The notes below the pieces were generated by a model. It made no database searches and was not told the DNA's origin. It worked only from the letters and a program-made list of their open reading frames with translations. A stretch of 64,000 nt of DNA from Psilocybe cubensis (Eukaryota). The position numbers and the translations under genes are program-made. Below, piece after piece: positions 41,353 through 54,256 of this stretch. How positions within the stretch are numbered: the stretch's first letter is position 1; each line of letters opens with the position of its first letter. The stretch lies in assembly GCA_017499595.2 (NCBI GenBank), contig CM038998.1, positions 3,906,001 to 3,970,000 on the forward strand. The letters run 5' to 3'.

Positions 41353-43487
41353 TCAGTAATGATGGAGCCAGAAATAAGTTCCTTCAAGAACATCATTGAG
41401 CCGTGTAATCTCGGCGGAAAGGCTGTCTGGACTGTGCCACTCTGCACAGTCAAAGTCAATGATATATACTTTACCGTTCGAGTCGATCGTCAGATTGTCT
41501 GCTCGAATATCACAATGCCGAATGTCCGCTCGGTGTATACTTTCCAGTGCTCTTGTAAACGCTTCCCTGGAATTATCAACTCATTTAGTGTCACCCTGAA
41601 AAAAGGGGGAACGGGTTTGCCTACCTTTCTCCTTGAGTAGTGGTTACCTGCTCTGCAAATTTCCCCGTTCGCTCAATTTCCCGCTGTCGAAGAGTCTTCC
41701 CTCCGTCGGCCATCAAAAGTGCCATTGTATTGGACTCTGCGTCGTAAAACAGGCCATGTACATCAAGAACCCCTTCTATGTCGCTTGACCGGGACATACG
41801 GCAATATATTTCGAATTCAGCTTTAAGCTTGCTCTGCTGTTCCTCCGAAAACGCCAACTTCACGGCAAGATTTTCCCTCAGAATAGCACCCGACGATAGG
41901 ACGACTTCCGCCTGAGCAGGGTGAACGACACCTACTGCACCATGGCCGAGTGGCGCCAGTAATTTGAGTGTAATGTATTCCTTGTCGTTAAACTTCTTCT
42001 GCGTATAGACGTCCTTCGTCCAATCTGTGCTCTCGGTAGGCGAATAGCGCTTGCATGACTCCCCTATTCGTCTGAACGAAGAGGGTACCGATGATGAAAA
42101 TACGCCGTAGTCGAGACTAACAAGAGCGAGCTTGCGATGAGCCAGGTGCTTTGCAATCTAACCAGCTTAATTAAAATAAACAGTGGGACACTCGAGTCGG
42201 TGAAGCTTACTGAATCGTGAACCTCGGATGGGACACTGGGAGCCTCACTTAATCGGCGTCGTTTTGAGGGAGGACGTTCGAGCCCTTCGACGCGATCTGA
42301 GGAGCGTTTCACAGATTTTGATGCGGGAAACTCGCCTGGAGTCTCTCCTGCCTTCATCCGTTCCAACGCATCTTGAAGAATCGCAATGTGAAGCCCGATG
42401 TGGAGCTTCCTATAGTAGGGATTCTGTATATTAACGGTGTCGATTACACCAGATAAATACAATGTCTGCGTGGCCCTGTGTCTAATACCTATCCGTTCAT
42501 ACCGGCCACAGTGAAGAACCATGTAGGTAGTGTCGTGAATTGCCGCCTGCGTCCAGGCCTTGAGAAGATATCAACAAAAATTCAAAATGAGGATACTATG
42601 CTTACACATTGTAGGAAATGCTTCAAGTCGGGCCTATATCGTGCACGCTGTATAGTGGATGAAGGGATAACATATTTTCCTACTTTGGTGATACTGATCC
42701 TCTGGGACGATGTTTTGCTTGAGCTACGTTTGGGCAAAGTACTCATTCGAACGAGTCTGCTGGTAAGTGATTGGCCGTCGGGGGGTAGATTCGTACGAGT
42801 CAAAATTCTGTAGCCAATCGTTCGAGATGTTTCCCATTTGAATTCCATCCCTGTTGTTATATTCTGGAACACCTTCATGAATGGGCTGACCATGGGGAAG
42901 ATATGCCACATGGCCAGTCTAGGGTGTCTGTCTAAGAGTGTATTCAAGGTTTCCATAGTCGACCGAGACAGCTTTCCATCGAGTCCATTGTCCAAGGAGA
43001 TCCCCCCTTCCGGATCTTTGGTGATTGACAAAGAACTTTCCGCCATAAAACTGCCACTGTGCTCATGATCTACGAACTCAATGATTGACGGCCAAATCTT
43101 GATATGAGGATGGACGCATAACTTGGATGCAAACGCCTGAGCTATATCACCAACGTGAGTAAGGTAATACTGTCTGACCGTGCTAGCGTCTTTAAATTCG
43201 ATTTCGGGTATTTCCATGTTGAAGAAAAATTTTGCGGTTGAAAACTTGTTTCCTTTTCCCAAAAACGTGTTGACTGCGATATCGCAGGATGCAGATAATG
43301 TCTGTGGAATACCAGACAGATATACGACGCGTTGTAAGGCAAAGTTGGAGGCAAGATGTCGATCATAAAATTGGAAAGGTGCCACAATGAGATCTTTAGG
43401 ACGCTCCGCCTCGTCTTGGAACATGCCAGGATTATAATTAGCGTTGAAAACCTGGTTCAGAAATGATTGAACTCCTCTGGATGCCAT
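41353..43487 (-). CDS. Array gene A1: degenerate REase-like domain + atypical protein kinase with intact motifs (4 exons)
   Basis: Spliced model: LGHGAVGVV, AVKL, AEFEIY, IHRADIRHCDIRADN, IIDFD; TGA at 41355-41353. Confidence 0.85.
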
Positions 43488-43799
43488 TGAGGTCAGTCGA
43501 GTAGACAGCGAGTTTAGAAGTTATTGGCGGCACCAGTACAAAACGTTGAACAATGCTCAACCAATCCCAGTCAAGGCGTGAATTTCAAACACGATCATCT
43601 GACCTTGGTTTGTTTATTCACTAATGCTATTTTTAGCTATCGTTATGTTTGTTCTTGGAAGAGGCAGTGGCCACTCATAGCAATTAACGGGGAACAGAAT
43701 GTATATCTACGAATAATCTGCTGCTCTTCAGCGAGTAATACAGCCAAATTACGGATAAATTCATGTTATATTGTTGTGACTATACTATTAGCACTAAAA

Positions 43800-46321
43800 T
43801 TACCCCGAATCTGTGCTATTAGATACTCCTGTCTCTATTGGCGACACTTCCTCAGATCCAACACCGGTCATGTCAGGGGAAGAAACTGCCCGTATGGCAC
43901 TTTGAAAAGCATTGGCTTCATCGTTCTTAATTGCTGATGTTGCCGGGTGAGAAATATGCCCCAAGCTAATAACAGATACTTTACGCCCCTCGTTCATGAC
44001 GATATGATCGTTCATGATATTCCCGATTGAAATATTCAGATTGTGAAAGCTATCTAACGCAGTGAGATATGAATCCCTAAAAATGATGATTAGTCCCAAT
44101 TGGATGCCAATGTGCAGAAAAACGCGTGTGTGCGTACTTGAAGCGCTTGCAATGTGCTGCTGTTTCCAACGTGACGGGCTTTCCTCCGCTTTCCAGTATC
44201 AAAAACCTGTGATTTGGGAGTTTCGGATATTCAAATAATCCGTAGACTTGAACAATAGCGCCAACCCCTTTTGTGCGAAGATCCATGTAGTTGTTGTATT
44301 CCACCTCTAGCATCTTGGATAGTGGGGCATTTCGCGTCAGCTTGAGATATAATGGTTTAGAGTAGTATTTTGCAGCATTCATGGAGTGTTCTTCAACCAG
44401 GCCCAAGTAAACCACAAAAACCTTCTTGTCAAGCTGGGGCTCATAATTGAAGTCAAGGAATAGGCGCCCAGTTCGTTTGGGTTCACCAGTGGCGTCACAG
44501 TGAGAGCCGCGTTTTTGTAGATGCCATGTCCTGACGCCAAATGGGCCCCCGAGGCGCCCAGAAATGGAATTATCGTGAAATCGAATCGGAATTTCTGAGC
44601 ATTTTTCAAAAAGCGAAATGATAGCCTGCATGTAGGAGCGTGCAATGTTCCTCGCGTCAGTCATCTAACAAATTGCTTCTAACAATTAGGTACTTTACCT
44701 GGTCATGATTTTGCGGGTGTGTTTGTCCTGAACAAACCTTGGTGTATAACTCTGCCACAAGGTTTGTTTTAACATAAAAAGGTAGTTTGTCCACGTTTAT
44801 CCGGTACCCTGGTGATACTTCAGTCACAGGCAATGACAGCATAGATTCCAACTGTCGCGCACGGTCCAAAGCGTCGTTAAAGCCTAACAAAATGCAAGCC
44901 ACTAAGATTTTTGAGTGTGTTATACTTGAATTGGAGGTGCATTTGATCATGGGTGATAAGTATAAGGTCTGTTTCGCCCGGTCCCGGATGGCAACAAACT
45001 CCTCATTACCAGATGAAAAAATAGCCACCGACGCATCTTCAACTACGAGTTGAGTCCAAATCTGTTTGGGATCAAGTCGGAATCCAATTTTCAAATGACA
45101 TTCAGAAATGAAAGATATTATACTCACCTGTTGGCAGGCATACACTGAATTCTGTTTCGGAGCCCTTGACGATTTGTCCGAGTCTGGTTTGAAACGTTTA
45201 GAGGGCAGTTCTCGACTGCGCGCATCTTCTATGATCTGTAGAATGATATTCGAGTCAGGACTAGTGGGTCTTCCAGTCGTCTGCAACCTTCCATTAACCC
45301 GATGAGCGTTGGAAGAAGCCCGGCAAGTGGTTGACTTTTCGTTGTCGTCCGTCCTTTCTTCGCATGTTGACCAGGGAAATCTGCCTTCCAGACGATGCAG
45401 GTCTTCGAAAATATGAGGCGCGGCAACAAGACTTTTAAATTCGATGGTAACAAAAACGTCGAGGAGATATTTGCGAAGCAACTTCCAATCTGATTTCTGC
45501 TTGACAGTCAGGTGTTGCCCACCCGTTTTAGGGTCGATTGAAATTAGCACATCAGCGATACCCTCTTGTCGCTCAACCTTATTGGGCTTCTTCATACTGA
45601 AGATATCCTCCCAACTCTTTTTGAATAGAAGGCCAGAAGCCACCTGCAAGCAAGACTTATTTGACAGTATATACTGGTCAACCAGTTGGTCTTCGTTTTG
45701 GACTGGTCGAGGACGCTGTTGCTCGTTGTCTGAATTTGGAGGAGGACCAGCAGTGTGAAGATAGTCGGCACTCTCTTGAATGATATCATCGCAGTATTGG
45801 GAAAGAGCAGTAGGAAGGGTATCAAGGACAACCACTTCATTTAGTCGAAGGTCAGGATGAAGATGCTGATCAAACGGGTGGAATGGTCGCGTTTTAGTGG
45901 ATGGAACGTGATTGATGTCCTTTCTAAATTGCTTGGAAGGGCGTTGAAAAAATTTGTGGATCGGTGAACTCTTGGAGACGCCCTTGGAGTTCAATGCCTG
46001 TCCAGAGTTGGCTTGCTTGTGGGATCTTTTTAGAGACTTTCGTTGCACGGGAGACAATGCTGCGGTAGCATCACGTCGCGTCCTTGAGGTGGGGCCTCCC
46101 CGACCGTGAGGTATATCAGTCCTTGCAGAATGCTGATCGCTGACAGATGGGCAGGTGTCGGAAGGCTGCCCAGGGTGGTCATTGTCAACAGGTATCGACA
46201 GCGAGTCTAGTCGTGTACCCTCCTCCAGTAGGGAGTGAGCTCTTTCGTCAAGAGAATTGTTCGATGTTCGAAGTCTAGCAGAAGACCTGGTAGGTGCTTG
46301 CCTTTCCTTTCCTTTGGGCAT
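43800..46321 (-). CDS. Array gene B1: PD-(D/E)xK nuclease-like domain + pseudokinase (4 exons)
   Basis: NEDQL...GIADVLISID...FVTIEFKS...QQ|IWTQ. The kinase-fold C-terminus keeps LYLKL and LEVEY but has ISIGNIMNDH and ISLG in place of the HxD/N and DFx motifs. Confidence 0.82.
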
Positions 46322-47752
46322 TTGGCGAAGCGAGGTGAGCGTAGGGAATGGTTCGAATGTGCAGAACGCAATGAAATTTCATTCTGAATTTATATCTTCA
46401 GGTCCACTGGGTAGTGAGGATAATTGCTCTCATTGTTTATGAGCATTATTCATAATTGGGCGTTCTTCCAGATACAATTCCCTTGACAATCTAGGACTTC
46501 TTCGACTGACATGACATCGGAAAATATGTCTGTACTCATCGGCTACTACAAAAAGACAAAAAACAAAGTCGCCTTGGCACTGTGATTAGATGTAAGTTGT
46601 ATTTAAAATACCCTCAAATCTCAGGCTGTCTTTACACATTGTTGTAGTACAATTGTGCCATTACCCATGTTTGTTAGTCTCCTCGTTACCGTTTCTTTCT
46701 ATGTTGACAAGGTAGTGATAAAATGATACTGCATAGAATTTCTGTCGATTGATAATTAGCTTATTGTGCACCGTTGATCAATGATACCAGGTAGGAATGA
46801 GAAAGTGAACTAAAAATAGAGAGAAGACGTTGAGGTCAATTGTCTCTCATTTTCAGGAAGTTTGGTACAAAAAGATAGGCTGGAGTATTGTGTAATACGT
46901 TTACAGCTGCAGATCCATATATGTAGATTGTGTATCATTTACCTTTAAGTATGTTACGTTTTTTTAGTGTTTTGAGCGAACCAAATTCGAGCGCTTAGTC
47001 GCACTGGTGAACATGGCAAGGATATTATCACCGTGATCACACCAAATTTGCCCAGTTGCACCTTCCGATTGTCCAGACTTATACTAGTTGTATTTCAGAG
47101 AGTAAACGGAGTCAGTAAAATGGTTTTAACTTGGGAGTTTTCAGACCGTCTTCACAAATTGTTATTCATTTATCGTTAGATGAGCTTTATCAGGCGTCTC
47201 CATAAAGGCTTTGAAATAGGCGCTTCAGTGGATTTCCGTATCACGGGAGCATACATTCTTGGTTTTTGGAGTTCGAGAGGCTACCCATCCCAACTTATAT
47301 CCCAAGTATTCTGTGAGGAAAATCAGCAATTACATATTAGCGCCACCTAGACCCTTAACCAGCATGAGTATGTTATTCAGTGAGTTTGAGGTTGGCCTTG
47401 TCAGCTTACCTGATCCATCATGTTCAATTGCTTGAGAAGGTTAGGCAAATGAGTATGTAATTTTTGAGCAAATCGGGCACATCACACGACAAAAATTGCA
47501 AACCTGTATAATCATACAAAGGAGCAGAGCATACGACAAAAGTACCTCGAACCTCCCAACTGGCCTGTGAAAACCTGTCTCATGCTGCGGGGGCACATGC
47601 ATGGCTATGCGAGCAAAGACAAGATGTACGTTTGCATGAAGAGACTAAGACTGGAGAGTATGCGAGAGGCGAAAAACTGAACAGAGAAGTCGTATAACTG
47701 GAATGGAAATCGAATAAAGATAAGGAAAATATGATCAAAACTATGGGAAGAA

Positions 47753-49900
47753 TCAGTAATGAAGGCGCCGGATATAATTTCCTTCAAGAACTTCATTCAG
47801 CCTCGATATCTCGTCAGAAAGGCTGTCTGGACTGTGCCACTCTGCACAGTCAAAGTCAATGATATATACTTTACCGTCCGAGTCGATCATCAAATTGTCT
47901 GCTCGAATATCACAATGCCGAATGCCCGCTCGGTGTATACTTTCCAGTGCCCTTGTAAACGCTTCCCTGGAATTATCAACTCATTTAGTGTCACCCTGAA
48001 AAAAGGGGGAGCGGATTTGCCTACCTTTCTTCCTGAGTAGTCGTTACCTGCTCTGCAAATTTCCCCGTTCGCTCAATTTCCCGCTGTCGAAGAGTCTTCC
48101 CTCCGTCGGCCATCAAAAATGCCATTGTATTGGACTCTGCGTCGTAAAACAGGCCATGTACATCAAGAACCCCTTCGATATCGCTTAATCGGGACATACG
48201 GCAGTACATCTCAAATTCGGCTCTAAGCTTGCTTTGCTGCTCTTCTGAAAACGCCAGTTTCACGACCAGATTACCCTTCACGACAACCCCTGATGATAGC
48301 ACGACTTCCGCCTGGGCAGGATGAACGACGCCTACTGCACCACGGCCGAGTGGCGCCTGTAATTTGAGCGTAAAGTATTCCTGGTCCCGGAACTTCTTCT
48401 GCGCAAAGACATCTTTTGTCCAATCTGTGCTCTCGTTACGCGAATCCCGTATGCATGATTCTCCTATTCGTCTGAACGAAGAGGGAACCGACGATAAAAA
48501 CACGTCGTAGTCGAGACTGATAAGAGCGAGCTTGCGATGGACCAGGTCCTTGGCAATCTAGCCAGTCAAATTAAACGAATAATGGGATACTAGAGTCAAT
48601 GAAGCTTACTGAATTGTGAACCGCGGGTGGAACACTGGACGCCTTGCTTGATCGCCGCCGCTTTGGAGGACGTTCAAGCCCTTCTACGCGATCTGAAGAA
48701 CGTTTCAGTGATTTTGATGCGGGAAGCTTGCTCGATGTGCTCGGTATCTCTGAGGCCTTCATTCGTTCCAATGCATCTTGGAAAATCGCAATGTGAAGCC
48801 CAATGTGGAGCTTCCTATAACGAGGATTCTGTATGTTGACAGTGTCAATTACACCAGACAAATACAATGTCTGTGAAGCCCTGTGTCGAATCCCGATCCG
48901 TTCATAGCGACCACAATGAAGGATGATGTAGGTAGTGTCATGGATTGCCGCTTGAGTCCAGGCCTTGGAAGATATCAACGACTACAAACATTCGAGATGA
49001 ACATGCAACGCCTACACATTGCAGATAATGTTTAAAATCAGGTCGATATCGCGAACGTTGCACAGTTGATGGAGGGGTAACGTATCTTCCGACTTTAGCG
49101 ATGGTTGACCTCTCTAGCTTGTTTTTTTTCAAGCTCCTCCTACGCGAAGTGCCTGAACGACTGAGCTTGTTAGAAAGCGATTTGGCGTCGGTGGGAGGCA
49201 ATGTATGGGTTAAAAATCGATAACCTTCCGTATGCGAGTTCTCCCACTTGAATTCAGACCCTGTTGAAATTCTATGGAGCATTGTTGTAAATGGGCTAAC
49301 CATGGGAAAGACGTGCCATATAGCCAGTGAGGGGTGGTTGGTTAAGATTGCGTTTAATGTCTTTGTAGTCGAGGGTGATAGTTTTCCCTTGAGTTCATCC
49401 TCCAAAAAGACCCCTCCTTCAGGGTCCATAGTAACGGTTAAACAACTCTCCGATATGTAGCTTGCGCCAATGTAGTTATCAATCACGTTTTCCAAGATTG
49501 ACGGCCAACTCTTTACATGGGGATGAACGCATAGCTTAGATGCAAATGCCTGTGCTATAGGGCCAATATGAGTGCGGTAATAATCTCTGACCGTCTCAGA
49601 GTCCATAAATTTGATGTTGGGTAATTTCATGTTGAAAAAGGATTCGCCGGTTGAGAATTTATTTCTGTTTGCCAAAAAGGTGTTTACTGCGGCATCACAG
49701 GTTGCAGATAGTGCCTCAGGAATATTAGGAAGGTATACAACGCGTTGTAATGCAAAGTTGGAGGCAATATGTCGATCATAGAATTGGAAAGGTGCCACAA
49801 TTAGATCTTTTGGTAGTTCCGCCCCGTCTTGGATTATGTCGGGATTGTAATTGGCATTGAAAACCTGGTATAGAAAAGACTGGACTTCACTAGGTGTCAT
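47753..49900 (-). CDS. Array gene A2: degenerate REase-like domain + atypical protein kinase
   Basis: Paralog of A1 with the same exon layout: LGRGAVGVV, VVKL, RHCDIRADN, DFD. Confidence 0.85.
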
Positions 49901-50248
49901 CGAGGTTCGGCGAGTAGACAGCGAGTTAAGAAGTTGTTGGAGGCACTAGGACAAGGCGTTGAACAATGCAGCTTAACCAATGCCAGGCGATGGTGGGAAT
50001 TCAAACACGATCATCTGACCTTGTCCATAATGCTATTTTTAGTGGCGACGAATTTTAACAGTAATATAGAGTAATTTTGGGGCAACCAGACCCAAGTCTG
50101 CATCCTACAACATTGTAAATTTTAATTGTCAAATTTATCATGGCTACTTATGCTATTGGGTTTCCTGAAACTTAGAAACTTGCAATGTGGTGCCTGCATC
50201 GAATAATACGGTTAAATTCATGTTGTTTTATTGTCACTACCAGTAAAA

Positions 50249-52761
50249 TTACCCCTCGGACTCCGAGCTAGATACCGCATTCCCAGTTGGCAATGCTTCC
50301 TTAGTAGTGGTAATGTCAAAGGAAGGAAATGCTCGTATAGCATTGTGAAATGCTTTGACTTCATCCCTCTTAACTGATGATGTCGCGGGCTGGGAAACAT
50401 GAGCCAAACTAACAACAAATACATCACGTTCCTTGTTCATGACGATGTGATCGTTCATAATGTTTCCAATCGAAATATCCACGTCATGAAAGCTGTTCAA
50501 CGCAGCGAGATATGAACCCCTAGAAACAATGGTTAGTGCCAATCGGATGACAGCAGAACGAGTGTGTGCGCACTTGAAGCGCTTGCAATGCGCTGTTGTT
50601 TCCAAAGTGACCGGCTTTCCTCCACTTTCTAGTATCAGAAACCTGTGATTTGGGAGATCGGGATTTTCGAATAATCCGTATACCTGAACAATGGCGCGAA
50701 CGCCTTTCGCGCGAAGATCCGCGTAGTTGTCGTGTTCCACCTCTAGCATCTTGGATAGGGGCGCATTTCGCGTAAGCTTCATAAATAACGGTTTAGAATA
50801 GTATTTTGGAGCATTTCGAGGCTCTTCTTCGACAAGGCCCAGGTAAACCACAAAGACTTTCTTGTCAAGCTGGGACTCATAGTTGAAATCAAGAAATAAG
50901 CGTCCACTTGGTTCAGGTTCAAGGTCAACGGCGTCACGGTGAGAGCCGCGTTTCTGCAAGTGCCACGTTGTTGCACCAGGTGGACCCCCGAGGCGTTCGG
51001 AAATCGAACTATCGTGAAATCGAATCTGAATGTCTGAGCAATTTTCAAAAAGCGAAATAATGACCTGCAGCACAGAAGTGTGCAATGTTTCCATTATTTG
51101 CGTCAGTACCAACGAATTCCTTCTGAAAATGAGATACTTACCTGGTCATAATTCTGTGGGTGTGTTTGTTCTGAACGAACCTTATTGAATAACTCTGCCG
51201 TCAGGTTTTTTTTAACATAAAAAGGCAGTCTATCCACGTTTATCCGGTATCCTGGTGATACTTCACTCCCAGGTACGGTCGACATCGCCTCCAACTGTCG
51301 AGCACGTTCTAAAGCATCGTTAAAGCCTAATAAAATGCAAGCCACCAGAATTTTTGAGTGCGTTATACTTGAATTTGAGGTGCATTTAATCATGGGTGAT
51401 AAGTATAATGTCTGTTTTCCCCGGTCCCGGATGGCGACAAACTCCTCGTTGCCAGATGAAAAGATCGCCACCGAGGCATCTTCAACCACGAGTTGAGTCC
51501 AAATCTGTTAGGATTCAGATGTCAAATGCTACCTGGAAATGACTGATGACATGCTTACCTGTTGGCAGGCATAAACTGAATCCTGTTTCGCAGCGGTCTT
51601 CGACAAATTGTCCAAGTCTGCTTTCAAACGTTTTGGAGGCCGTTCTTGACTACGCGCATCTTCTATGAGCTGTAGAATGATACTTGAGTCAGGACTAGTG
51701 GGTCGCCCCGTCGTCTGTAGCCTTCCATTGACTCGATGAGCGTTGCCAGCAGAAGCCCGGCAAGTGGTTGACTTTTCGTTGTCGTCCGTCCTTTCTTGAC
51801 ATGTTGACCATGGAAATTTTCCTTCCAGACGAAGTAGGTCTTCGAAGATATGAGGCGCAGCGACAAGACTTTTGAATTCAAGAGTAACAAAAACGTCCAG
51901 GAGATATTTGCGAAGCAACTTCAAATCTGATCTGTGCTTGGCGGTCAGGTGTTTCCCACCCGTTTCAGGGTCAATTGAAATTAGCACATCAGCAATACCT
52001 TCCTGCCTCTCAACCTTGTTGGGCTTTGTCATGTTGAAGATGTCCTCCCAACCCTTTTTAAATAGAAGACCAGAAGCTACCTGCAAGCAAGCTTGATTTG
52101 ACTTTATATACTCGTTAACCAGTGCTTCCTCGTTTCTGACGGCATTAGGTTGCGAGGGAGCATCCGGAAGCGGACCTGCTGTGCGAAGATAGTCGGCATT
52201 CTCTTCAATAATATCATCGCAGTACTGGGAAAGAATAGTCGGAAGTGTGTCAAGAACAACTACCTCGTTCAATCGAAGGTCGGGATGAAGATGCTGATCG
52301 AACGGGTGGAATGGTCGGGTTTTGGTGGATGGGACGTGCTTTATGTTCTTTCTGAATTCCTTAGAAGGCTGTTGAAAAAATTTATGGATAGGTGAACTCG
52401 CTGCGGACGCGAAGACGCCCTTGGTGCCCGATGTTTGGCCAGAGTTGGCTTGCTTGTGGGATCTTTTCATAGACTTTCGTTGCACAGGAGATAATGTTGC
52501 GGTAGTATTACGTCGCGTCCTTGAGGCGGAGCCTTCCCGACCCTGAGGTATATCAGTCCTTGCTGTAGAGTGTAGCTCGCTGACAGACGGACTGGTGCCG
52601 GAAGACAGTCCGGAGTGACCATTGTCTACAGGAATCGTCGATGAGTTTAGTCTTGTACCCTCCTCAGGTAGGGAGTGAGCGCTTTCGTCAAGAGACTTGT
52701 TCGAAGTTTGAAGTCTAGCAGAAGACCTGGTAGGTGCTTGTCGAGCCTTTCCTTTGGACAT
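50249..52761 (-). CDS. Array gene B2: PD-(D/E)xK nuclease-like domain + pseudokinase
   Basis: Paralog of B1: NEEAL, GIADVLISID, FVTLEFKS, QQ|IWTQ; ISIGNIMNDH and VSLA in the kinase catalytic positions. Confidence 0.82.
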
Positions 52762-54256
52762 TTGGTGTAATGAGGCGGTAGGGAATGTTTCGAATGCTTA
52801 GAATGCAATGTAAATTCATTCTGAATTTATATACTCAGTTCCAGGGTGATAAAGATAATTGCTCTCCTCGTTTATGAGCATTATTCACAATTGGGCGTCC
52901 TTCCAGATACCATTCCCTTGACGATCCGGGAGTTCTTCGACTGACTTGACATCGGAAAAATGTCTGCACTCATCGGCTGCTACAAAAAGACAAAAAAACA
53001 AAGTGTCCTTGGCAATGTGACGACTAAATGTAAGTTGTATTTAAAGATATCCTCAAATCTCAGGCTGTCATTACACATTATTGTAGTACAATTACAATTG
53101 TGTGTAGTATCCCTGTTTGTTGGTCGCCTCGTTACCGTTTTTCTACGCTGACACGGTAATGATAAAACTATACTGCGATACCGTATAGTTTCCCCTCTGA
53201 TTGATGATTAGCTTATTGTGCAACCTGTTACACAAATACCGAAAGCAGCGGTAAGAATTATTACATACAAAAGGGTGAAAGTGAACTAAAAATAGATATA
53301 AAGCGCTAAAAGTCAATTGTCTCTCAATGCCAGGAAGTTCAGTACCGAAAAATGGGCTGGAATGTTGTGTAACACATTGATAGCTGAGATATATATCTGT
53401 GAGTATGTTGCTTATGATTTGCTTTTAAGTGTGTTACGTTTTTTTAGTGTTTTGAGCAAAACAAATTTGAGCGCTTAGTGTCACTGGTGAACATGCCAAG
53501 GATATTATCACTGTGATCACACCGAAATTTGCCCAGATGCACCGTTCAATTGTCCATACTTATACAAACCGCATTTAGAGTAAACGAAGTCAGTAAAATA
53601 GTTTTAACTTTGGGAGGTTTCTGACCGTCTTCACAAATTGTTATTCATTTTATCGTTAGATGAACTTTATCAGGCGAGTCCATAAAGGCCTTGAAATAGG
53701 CGCTTCAGTGGATTTCCGTATCACGGGAGTATACATCCTTAATTTTTGGAGTTCGAGAGGCTGCCCATCCCAGCTCGTATCCCAAGTATTTTGTGGAGAG
53801 AATCATCAAATTACTTAATAGCGCTAGGCCCCTTTACCAGCATGAGAATGTACATTCAGTGAGTTTGAGGTTGGCCTTGTCAGCTTACCTGTTCAGCTTA
53901 ATCATTCTTTGGATGATCCAGCATGTTCAATTGCTTGAGAAGGTTAGGCAAATGAGTATGTAATTTTTGAGCAAATCGGGCGCATCACACGACAAAAATT
54001 GCAAACCTGTACTTAATCATGCAAAGGAGCAGAGCATACGACAATAGTACCTCGAACCTCCCAACTGGGCAGTGAAAACCTGTCCCGTGCTGCGGGGGCA
54101 CATGCATGATTATTCGAGCAAAGGCGAGATGTACGTTTGCATGAAGAGACTAAGACTGGAGAGTATGTGAGAGGCAAAAACTCAACAGAGAAGTCGTATA
54201 ACTAGAATGTAAATTGAATAAAGATAAGGAAAATATGATCAAAACTATGGGAAGAA

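Noticed and set aside
46900..47450. Coding-like remnant in the duplicated A-B spacer (also ~53450-53950)
   Set aside because: The frame examined has stops in both copies, the ORF track shows no long ORF here, and there is no recognisable family. Similarity between copies is explained by the segmental duplication.
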